Made by a program: the position numbers and the translations under genes
Origin: Candidatus Bathyarchaeia archaeon
GTDB lineage: Archaea > Thermoproteota > Bathyarchaeia > 40CM-2-53-6 > DTGE01
NCBI GenBank assembly: GCA_038825355.1
Contig: JAWBPF010000003.1
Span: 1 to 34,582, forward strand
DNA: 34,582 bases
Direction: 5' to 3'
Shown here: piece after piece, positions 27,223-34,582 of the stretch
Numbering within the stretch: position 1 is the first letter of the stretch
How the letters are laid out: every line of letters begins with the position of its first letter
Notes under the pieces: model-generated
What the model saw: only the letters and a program-made list of their open reading frames with translations
Databases searched by the model: none
What the model was told of the DNA's origin: nothing

Positions 27223-27885
27223 TTGGCTCTGGATTTTAAGGGCCTTAAAATTTCATGGCTTGGCCACTCAGGATTCAGGATAAGGGATTCGAAGACCGTG
27301 TACATAGATCCATTTAAAATAGCTGGAGTTGGGGTCGGGGAGGCCGACCTAATCTTGATAACCCACGACCATTTCGATCATTGCAGCCCCGAAGATTTGA
27401 GGAAGGTAGCTTCGAGGAACACTGTGATCATAGCCACCCCGGAGTGTCGAGGCCAGCTTGGAGGGCTGAAGGTTAGGGAGGTTAAAACGGTTAGGCCTGG
27501 AGATGAACTCCAGGTGAACGGGGTTAATGTGAAAGTCGTTCCGGCATATAACCTCGACAAGTATAGGGCTCCAGGCAGGGTCTTCCATCCAAAGGAGGAG
27601 ATGAAGGTGGGCTATATAATAACTTTGGAAGGCGTTCGAATATACCATGCAGGAGATACGGATAGGATCCCCGAGATGGCTGGGATACAGGTGGACATGG
27701 CTCTACTCCCGGTGAGCGGGACCTACGTTATGACCCCGGATGAAGCCGCCCAGGCGACTAGGACCCTAAAGGCTGAAGTTGCTATACCAATGCACTACGG
27801 CTCCATAGTTGGAGATGAAGGCGACGCTGAAAAGTTCAAGGAATTAGCCTCATGTAGGGTTGAAATCCCGAAGAAGGAAGCATAG
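27223..27885 (+). CDS. Metallo-beta-lactamase-fold hydrolase
   Basis: WLGHSGF, THDHFDH, YHAGDT and PMHYG motifs. TTG start chosen from GGAGGTG spacing; 27205 is the alternative. Confidence 0.9.
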   Translation: MALDFKGLKISWLGHSGFRIRDSKTVYIDPFKIAGVGVGEADLILITHDHFDHCSPEDLRKVASRNTVIIATPECRGQLGGLKVREVKTVRPGDELQVNGVNVKVVPAYNLDKYRAPGRVFHPKEEMKVGYIITLEGVRIYHAGDTDRIPEMAGIQVDMALLPVSGTYVMTPDEAAQATRTLKAEVAIPMHYGSIVGDEGDAEKFKELASCRVEIPKKEA

Positions 27886-28026
27886 ATGGAATAGATACCA
27901 TGTGTATCAGATACATGGCTATGCTGTAATATACACGGTGGAATAGTGGCATCCAAACAGCCCATTAGCGAGGGTCAGTTAAAGGTGTCCAGTTGGATCT
28001 AGTAGCCGCCGTTTAATCCTCCCAGC

Positions 28027-29445
28027 TTAGACTATCGGGGTGAGTCTTGGCATCGGATAGCCTTTAGAAGCATCAACATCCAATGCATATAGGCTTGTTC
28101 TAGGCTTCACCCCGTAGAGTAGGAGTACTCCATGCTCCCTGGTCAATTTCAGGTGTATATTCATTGCAGGGCTGAACTTTTCAGCTGGGCCTTCAGGGCT
28201 GGGATTGGCCAGGTATAAAGCGGCGCCTCGGAAGATCCTTGCGGCGCCTAGGCTTAGGGCTTTCATACAGGCCTCTTCGCCGTATACGGCCGTTAAAGTA
28301 TCCAATCCCGCCACAGCTAGGGTGGGTTTCCCAGTGGACTCCTCCAGCTCCTCAGCGACCTCAGCATATACCTTAAAGTCTACGCTTATATCCTTGGCTT
28401 CAACCGTGAAGAAGTAGGGTTTCCCAGGGGAATGCCCGTGGAACTCGCAAATCCTCATGAACCGATGGATCTCGTCTTCATCGAATCCATAGGAGGAGAT
28501 ACTATCCACGACATCCCCGCCTCCCACACCGATCGATGGTATGTATAGGACGCCCCTCCCCTGGGCTATGGAGTTGGCTGCAATGGGGTCGATGAGCACT
28601 TGATACTCCCAGGCCGAGATCTTCTCAGCGATCGCTATAAGCGTTGAGGAACCCTTAGGTATTCCTCCTCCAAGCATTGCGTCTAGATCCTCTGAGCCTG
28701 TTGAGATTTTATCCCGTGGATCCGAGATCGGCTGGAAACGGCTGGGCTCAATAATGGGTTTAATCCTTAGGGGTGGGAGAGCCTTAAAGCCGCCCTTAAG
28801 CGTGAAGGCTATGCTCCTCTCCCTAGGCTCCATACCTCTAAGCTTGACGATCTCCAAGTCTCTGAATACGCGACCGTCCAGCTTATCTGCCTTGAGTATT
28901 ATCAAGCCGTCCGCTACGAATTCCTCTATACCCCTTCCTATCCTGGCCTCGCCTAAGGGGACCTCCTCGATCATGATGGTTGTACAACCCATCTGCCTCA
29001 CAATCTTCCCTAGGATTGTGTGGGCGATAACCCTCACGTCTATAGCCTCCTTGTAGGCCTGAGCCATGGCTGAGAAGCTATCTATAACTAAGCGTTTAGC
29101 CTCCAAGGCTTCAACTTCGCCTAGGATTCCTCCTAAAATTGCAGACATGGAATCCTCCCTCATAGCGGTATAGTCTAGGATCCTGAGCTTATCCTCAGAT
29201 TCAAAGCCTGCCAAGTCCACGCCGAGGTGGCTTGAAAGGTTCTCAATAAGGGTACCATGACCCTCAGCGAAGCTTACATAGACTCCAGGCTCCCCCCTCT
29301 CGACTCCTCCAACCAGGAACTGCATGGAGAAGACTGTTTTACCCGTACCTGGATTACCAGCCAGGACGATCAGGGAACCCCTGGGAAACCCTCCACTCAG
29401 AACCTCGTCTAGGCCCTCTACCCCCGTCGGCGCCCTCTCAGCCAA
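28027..29445 (-). CDS. KaiC/RAD55/GvpD-like two-domain ATPase with degenerate second domain
   Basis: PTGV.GLD..L.GG.P, Walker A GNPGTGKT, VIDS and KLRG. The second repeat begins STGSEDLD.MLGGGIP but has no Walker A. Confidence 0.88.
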   Translation of the reverse strand: MAERAPTGVEGLDEVLSGGFPRGSLIVLAGNPGTGKTVFSMQFLVGGVERGEPGVYVSFAEGHGTLIENLSSHLGVDLAGFESEDKLRILDYTAMREDSMSAILGGILGEVEALEAKRLVIDSFSAMAQAYKEAIDVRVIAHTILGKIVRQMGCTTIMIEEVPLGEARIGRGIEEFVADGLIILKADKLDGRVFRDLEIVKLRGMEPRERSIAFTLKGGFKALPPLRIKPIIEPSRFQPISDPRDKISTGSEDLDAMLGGGIPKGSSTLIAIAEKISAWEYQVLIDPIAANSIAQGRGVLYIPSIGVGGGDVVDSISSYGFDEDEIHRFMRICEFHGHSPGKPYFFTVEAKDISVDFKVYAEVAEELEESTGKPTLAVAGLDTLTAVYGEEACMKALSLGAARIFRGAALYLANPSPEGPAEKFSPAMNIHLKLTREHGVLLLYGVKPRTSLYALDVDASKGYPMPRLTPIV

Positions 29446-29574
29446 TACCTATCCCAGCTGATAAAACGGCGTTCAACCTCTCATTATGTCAAGCATAGAG
29501 GTTTAAGTTTTATCCTTTAAGTATTTGAGGGTTTCATCCATAATTTTTCTGCTCCAAACCCTCATCGAAGCCCT

Positions 29575-30138
29575 CTAAGGCCTACCGGTTTTGAAGACCT
29601 CTCTGAATCTCTCCTTGAAGGCCTCATACGCATCCATCGTATAGAGGACCAGCCTAACCTCCTTAAGCTTATCCTCCTTTTCCAGGAATTCCTTGATTGT
29701 TTCAAGGGCTATCCTGCTGGCTTCCCCGATGGGGTAGCCGTAGGCCCCGGTGCTTATCGAAGGGAAGGCTATGCTGTCTAGATACTTCTCCGCAGCCAGC
29801 TTCAGCGAGCTCATATAAGCCTTAGCCAGCAGCTCAGCCTCTCCAGCCCCTCCTCCACGCCATATGGGGCCAACCGTATGGATGACGTATCTGGCTTTAA
29901 GCCGGCCGCCTGTGGTTATAACCGCCTCCCCAACCGGTAAGCCATCAGGATACCGAATCCTACGGATACTTCTACACTCCTCTAGGATCGCGGGGCCGCC
30001 TCTCCTATGGATCGCCCCGTCGACTCCTCCCCCACCCATCAAGCTGGGGTTAGCAGCGTTAACTATGGCGTCCACATCCTGATCGGTTATATCCCCCTGT
30101 ATTATCCGGATGAGGGCTCCACCGATCCTTGCCTCCAA
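29575..30138 (-). CDS. Macrodomain O-acetyl-ADP-ribose deacetylase (YmdB/MacroD-like)
   Basis: GDIT, AIVNAAN..L.GGGGVDGAIH, HTVGP and FPSISTGAYGYP motifs. Confidence 0.93.
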   Translation of the reverse strand: MEARIGGALIRIIQGDITDQDVDAIVNAANPSLMGGGGVDGAIHRRGGPAILEECRSIRRIRYPDGLPVGEAVITTGGRLKARYVIHTVGPIWRGGGAGEAELLAKAYMSSLKLAAEKYLDSIAFPSISTGAYGYPIGEASRIALETIKEFLEKEDKLKEVRLVLYTMDAYEAFKERFREVFKTGRP

Positions 30139-30288
30139 TTCTATCCACCTTCAACTATATGCCTATTCCATGCAGCTATAAGGAAGCTGGCTAATACCAA
30201 CTTGAAAGGGGCTGAAGCGATTCATTACATAAATTGAAGCAACCTCCTCAATAAATTTTTTATCCTCCTCGTTTAGGGTCGGCTCTTC

Positions 30289-30999
30289 CTACTCTATTGA
30301 GGCTGGGATCCTCTCAGCTATCTTATATCCCTGAGGGTCCACAGCCACTCCATAGGCGTAGACCCTAACCTCCTCCTTCTCCGCCCTCTTCAGGGAGTCA
30401 GCGAGCCTTGGGTCAAGGGAGCGGTTCACCTTGAATACTTTAGCCTTCCTCTGAATAATGAAGACTATGGAGGCTTCGAAGCCTAGCTTTCGAATCCTGA
30501 TAAGTTCTTCTATATGCCGTCTCCCCCTCACGGTGGGGGCGTCTGGAAAAAAGAGCTATACCGTCTCTGACAAGGGTGCAGGACTTAACCTCCACGTAAC
30601 ATTTTCTACCCCTCTCCTCATCCACCAATAAGAAGTCTAGTCGGCCCCGATCGATTCTAGGCTCACACCTAGCAATACTCCATCCCTGGAACTCCTTGAG
30701 CATTCGGTTATCAATGGCGTCTCTGAAGATCCTGTTCGGCAGCCTGCTATCCACGGATACGAGCTCCCCATCTAAGGCTATGAAGGAGAGCTCAAAGGAT
30801 GTTCTACGTTTAGGGTTTCCTCCCTCTAAGAGTAAGACTACGGCATCCGTCTTCAGAGGCTCTCAAAGCCTACCCGGATTGGGTAGATGGGCTAGAAAGG
30901 GCTCCCGATCAACTTCAACCAAGACAGTGAATCGATCCCTTCGATGAAGGAACCTTCCCTCCAAATATCGCCTCGTAGGACAGCCTCCAGGCGTATCAA
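30289..30999 (-). pseudogene. sfsA: Disrupted SfsA (sugar fermentation stimulation/PD-(D/E)XK nuclease) gene
   Basis: Fragments RF(T)V, HLPNPGRL, RLDFLL, YVEVKSCTL and FPDAPT.RGRRH are split by an in-frame TGA (30863-30865) and a +1 frameshift in the A6 run at 30547-30552. Confidence 0.85.
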
Positions 31000-31024
31000 T
31001 ATCCAGCTTAACCGCCACTCCTAC

Positions 31025-31573
31025 TTATTTCGGTCTATGCTCATCTAGGGTTTCAGCGATCCTCCTGCTGCATCTCGGACAGAACTCCCCTGAGCCAAGG
31101 TCTACTTCCAAAGCTGAGTTATGAAATCTCATGCAGCATTGAGGATCGGGGCAATGGTTTAGTCCAAGCATGTGTCCTATCTCATGCTTCGCAACTACAG
31201 TCACCCTCTTAGCGTAGCGTCGTGAATCCACGTCTAACCCGATCCTAAGCCTATTAGTAGATAATATGGCTGCTCTACTCGAAGCCTCTCCAAATATGAA
31301 GTTTAAATTGTCCACGTATAGGTCTAGGAGGGTTACTCCGAATCCGAGATCATAGTTCTCCCTATATCTTAGAGACTCGACTAGCATCAATAGGCTGGGG
31401 GCCATATACTGCATCCTCATAGGATTGTATGCATCCGACGGGATGGGGATGGGCTTAAACCTTAAGACTGGAACGATCCGGCCTTGAAAGTCTCTTGGTA
31501 GAACCTCGGATATAAGCTTCAAATCAGACCTGTCGGCTTCCCCTAAGCCTACGACTAAGATGGAAAGCTTCAA
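31025..31573 (-). CDS. amzA: Archaemetzincin (peptidase M54)
   Basis: HEIGHMLGLNHC...C.M..(S)....D.....FC..C zincin plus Cys4 motif; R.QY and LNFIFG motifs. Confidence 0.92.
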   Translation of the reverse strand: MKLSILVVGLGEADRSDLKLISEVLPRDFQGRIVPVLRFKPIPIPSDAYNPMRMQYMAPSLLMLVESLRYRENYDLGFGVTLLDLYVDNLNFIFGEASSRAAILSTNRLRIGLDVDSRRYAKRVTVVAKHEIGHMLGLNHCPDPQCCMRFHNSALEVDLGSGEFCPRCSRRIAETLDEHRPK

Positions 31574-31901
31574 CCCTGTAATCTAATCCTATTAAAGGAA
31601 GCGTATACAGATAAGGGTTACCCCGTCAAGGACTATCTCTACCCGAAGAGAGTTCCGGATGATCCTTTGATCTGGGGCGTCTCTGTAATCCCCCGTTGAA
31701 CTCTACTAAACTTTTCATCCAGTTAGGGATTATGAATTCAGCTTCGATCTCTCCGTTCCTTTACGGGACCCCCAAGTATACGTCATGAGGCCTCGATCAG
31801 CATGTTACCTATTAAAACATAATTTCCCCCAGAGATCGGTCATCCTTTATACAGGTTGCTAGTCGTCTGCGAAGAATCCAAAAAGGCCTTCGCAATCCCC
31901 C

Positions 31902-33041
31902 TCATTCCTCGTTTAGCATTTCCAGTATTTTATCTGTGGCCTTTAAGCCATGGCCGGTGAAAGTTGAAACTATCACTTCTCCAGGGTCTGCTTCCGCAAA
32001 ATATTTTTTTAATCCGGCGACCGCCACGGCTGATGTAGGCTCCACGTAGAATCCCCTCTTGGATATCTCCCTTAGAGACTCCTCAATTTCAAAGTCCTCC
32101 ACAGCGATAAACTTTCCTTTAGAGGCTTTGACCGCCTCTATGATTTGGCTTCCCCGTGGGGGGTTAGCAACAGCGATCCCCTCAGCGATGGTGGATTCAG
32201 CCTCTATCTCCGGTATCTGAAGTGACCCCCTTCTAAAAGCTTCATATAACGGGGCACAGTTCGAGGATTGAACCCCTACCATTCTAGGTATTTCATATAT
32301 TACATCTGCTTCTAGGAGCTCCCTGAACCCAATGTAGGCTCCCAGGAGCAGGGTGCCATTCCCGACGGGTAGGATAACTGAGTCTGGGGCACGCCAGCCC
32401 AGCTGCTCGCATATCTCGAAGGCGAAGGTCTTAACCCCGTGGAGGAAGAAGGGGTTCCGGGAATGGCTCGCATAATATTCCTTCTCAGCCGCCTCTAGGG
32501 CAGCTGACGCAGCGTCTTCCCTGGATCCTGGAACCCTTACAAGCTTAGCCCCGTAAGACCTTATCTGGGTAAGCTTGCTGGGCGATACATCCCATGGGAC
32601 GAAGACTTCGCAGCTTATGCCAGCCCAAGCCGAATAGGCTGCGATGGAGCATCCAGCGTTGCCGGAGGAATCCTCAACAACCTTTTCAACCCGTAGCTCC
32701 CTAGCCTTGCTGATCAGCACGGAGGCACCCCTATCCTTGAAGGAGCCCGTAGGGAGGATGTGGTCCTCCTTAAATAAGATGGTCCTCCCTTCGAGGTTCA
32801 CATTGAGTAGAGGCGTGAACCCTTCATGGAAGGATACTATGTTCGAGTCATGGGATACAGGGATAGCCTCCCGATACCTCCACATGGTAGGCTTCCTCAG
32901 CCTGATCCTATTCAATGGGAATCCAGCTTCGAAGTCTAAGTCTAGGAGCCCCCGGCAGCTGCACCTCCAAACCCTATCCATTAGGGTGAATTCTCTGCCG
33001 CAGCCTCTACAAATCATGCGGCCCATGGGACGGTCATCCAC
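31902..33041 (-). CDS. thrC: Threonine synthase-like PLP enzyme (fold type II)
   Basis: EGFTPL, PTGSFKDRG, DSSGNAG, PVGNG, EPTSA and TGHGLK motifs. Confidence 0.88.
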   Translation of the reverse strand: MDDRPMGRMICRGCGREFTLMDRVWRCSCRGLLDLDFEAGFPLNRIRLRKPTMWRYREAIPVSHDSNIVSFHEGFTPLLNVNLEGRTILFKEDHILPTGSFKDRGASVLISKARELRVEKVVEDSSGNAGCSIAAYSAWAGISCEVFVPWDVSPSKLTQIRSYGAKLVRVPGSREDAASAALEAAEKEYYASHSRNPFFLHGVKTFAFEICEQLGWRAPDSVILPVGNGTLLLGAYIGFRELLEADVIYEIPRMVGVQSSNCAPLYEAFRRGSLQIPEIEAESTIAEGIAVANPPRGSQIIEAVKASKGKFIAVEDFEIEESLREISKRGFYVEPTSAVAVAGLKKYFAEADPGEVIVSTFTGHGLKATDKILEMLNEE

Positions 33042-33076
33042 TAGAGATTAAACGTCATCCTCTGTAAACGGCTTCT

Positions 33077-34078
33077 TCATCTACGGTCTATTCCAGACGT
33101 AAGCTTCCTCATCCCTTCTTCAGCCTTGTTTATTGGATGCTTTAAGGCTCTATCCCTGAGTTTCTTGAACACCGGGTAGCCCAGCATCTGCTCTAAAGCC
33201 CATTCCCTCGCGAACCTTCCCATCCTTATCTCTTCGAGAACCCGTTTCAGAGGCTCCTTGAATTCGTCGCCTATGAGGAGTGGTCCCCTGGAGAGGGTTC
33301 CATACTGGCTCGTCTGGGAGTGGAGGCTCATCTGCCTGTAAAAGCCTATCTCAGCCATGGCCTTCAGTACTTCAGAGGCTTCACCTGAGCCGTAGAGTTC
33401 TAAAGCTACTATTTCAGGCGGGTATCCCTCCTCTACGAGGACCTCAAAGGATAAGAGCATCACCCGTGTTATAGCAGCCCATAGGGCCTGCTCCATGTAT
33501 AGGTCTATCTCCGTCTCATCGGCGAATCTGCTCATAACAGTCTTCGTAGCGCCTATAGCCTTAGCCAGGGCTAGGGCGGTGTCCAAGGCTTCACCGGAGT
33601 AATCCTGATGTACAGCCACATAGGCTGGAGCCCCCTCTCCTCTAAGGTAGAGATCCCTTAAACCCCAGCCGATCATCCTGGGAGCAACCAAGACGACATC
33701 TACAAATCTTGGGGGGGATATGAAGCCGTAGTGTATGTTGTATCCATGGGCGAAGACTAGGACATCCCTCTCATCCAGGTTATCTCTTACCTGGGTGTTG
33801 AAGACGCTGGGCTGGGCTTCATCCGGGATAAGCATGAGGATCACATCGCCTCTCTTAGCCGCCTCATCTATGGGATATACTTGGAAGCCATCCTCTACAG
33901 CCCTATCCCAGCCGGCATCCCTCAAGCTTCCAACAATTATCTCAGCCACGCCGCTGTCGCGCATGTTTAGGGACTGCGCCCTACCCTGATTCCCATAACC
34001 CAAAACGGCGATGGTTCTACCCTTGAGGATTGAGAGATCACAACCTTCGCCGTGGAGAACATCAGCCAAACCAGGCAC
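33077..34078 (-). CDS. ilvC: Ketol-acid reductoisomerase
   Basis: AVLGYGNQG.AQ.LN.RDSG, LIPDE, FAHGYNIH and E.E.DLY.EQ motifs. Confidence 0.92.
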   Translation of the reverse strand: MPGLADVLHGEGCDLSILKGRTIAVLGYGNQGRAQSLNMRDSGVAEIIVGSLRDAGWDRAVEDGFQVYPIDEAAKRGDVILMLIPDEAQPSVFNTQVRDNLDERDVLVFAHGYNIHYGFISPPRFVDVVLVAPRMIGWGLRDLYLRGEGAPAYVAVHQDYSGEALDTALALAKAIGATKTVMSRFADETEIDLYMEQALWAAITRVMLLSFEVLVEEGYPPEIVALELYGSGEASEVLKAMAEIGFYRQMSLHSQTSQYGTLSRGPLLIGDEFKEPLKRVLEEIRMGRFAREWALEQMLGYPVFKKLRDRALKHPINKAEEGMRKLTSGIDRR

Positions 34079-34255
34079 CTCAAAGAAAAATATGGGATAA
34101 TACGATATAAACTCTTATTTACTCCGTGGGAGGGGTTTGCGGCAAAGCTAAGTATTGTATAGACATGCTCGGAATCTTTCAGGAGGATATGAGAAAGGGA
34201 TGGATGTGATAAGAAGGGTTTTAAAAGTGGTCTATCCATCTATAAAGGGTGGGAT

Positions 34256-34582
34256 TTGAGGCTGAAGATAGAGTTCGATGTGGATTTGGATGCCCAGGGA
34301 TTGGCGCGTTTCCTAGAGGTGCATCTTCCGTATAAGTTTCGCATCGGTAGAGGCTTCATAACTGTGGATGCAGACTTGAACCCCGGCAGGGTCAGGGAGC
34401 TACTGGAGAGATTCCTTTACAAGTCAGGATACAGGGATCATAGGGTCATCCTCGATAGAGATAACTCCACGTTAAGGATCAATAGGATTAGGGAGAGGTC
34501 TAAGGGGAAGGGGAGGAGGAAAGGCAAGAGTAGGGGATCCTATGTGCCTCCCCCAAGCTCATCCCTCCCCTACTTCTTCCCG
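34256..34582 (+). CDS. Ribosomal protein eL22-like protein (runs off window end)
   Basis: Open frame from TTG 34256 to the end: MRLKIEFDVDLDAQGLARFLEVHLPYKFRIGRGFITVDADLNPGRVRELLERFLYKSGYRDHRVILDRDNSTLRINRI... plus a basic tail. TTTTAAAAG TATA and GGGTGG SD lie upstream. Confidence 0.55.
   Translation, partial: MRLKIEFDVDLDAQGLARFLEVHLPYKFRIGRGFITVDADLNPGRVRELLERFLYKSGYRDHRVILDRDNSTLRINRIRERSKGKGRRKGKSRGSYVPPPSSSLPYFFP

Noticed and set aside
27898-27918. Palindrome CCATGTGTATC-A-GATACATGG between convergent genes
   Set aside because: It is short and imperfect. It could be a terminator or binding site but has no further support.
9809-30138. ARH plus macrodomain as a single ADP-ribosylation system
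   Set aside because: They are about 19 kb apart with unrelated housekeeping genes between them, and no ADP-ribosyltransferase or sirtuin is visible.
30696-30947. 83-aa plus-strand ORF, and the two separate minus ORFs at 30289-30754
   Set aside because: These are the antisense shadow and fragments of the single sfsA pseudogene.

Overview
Archaeal chromosomal window, most likely Bathyarchaeia or another TACK lineage. This is inferred from the unsplit rpoB, fused rpoA'/A'', stand-alone mtrH, eL22-like gene and multi-intron tRNA. Most of it is housekeeping and metabolic: hisC (3' part), mtrH, the rpoH-rpoB-rpoA-rpl30e-nusA operon, ino1, tetraether synthase, YchF, archaeal SAM synthetase, ValRS, ferredoxin, PfkA, a KaiC-like ATPase, a macrodomain protein, archaemetzincin, thrC and ilvC. 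The standout is not in the ORF track. At 1353-1513 there is a tRNA-Lys(UUU) gene broken into five exons by four short BHB introns (positions 9/10, 30/31, 37/38, 43/44). The splice motifs overlap in a way that implies ordered splicing, and an 8-nt leader duplicates the acceptor strand. Other notable items are two candidate K-turn sRNAs at about 23955-24310, an eL22-like ORF at the right edge, two apparent pseudo-enzymes (ARH-like and M24-like) and a multiply disrupted sfsA. All calls come from reading motifs by eye; no searches were run.
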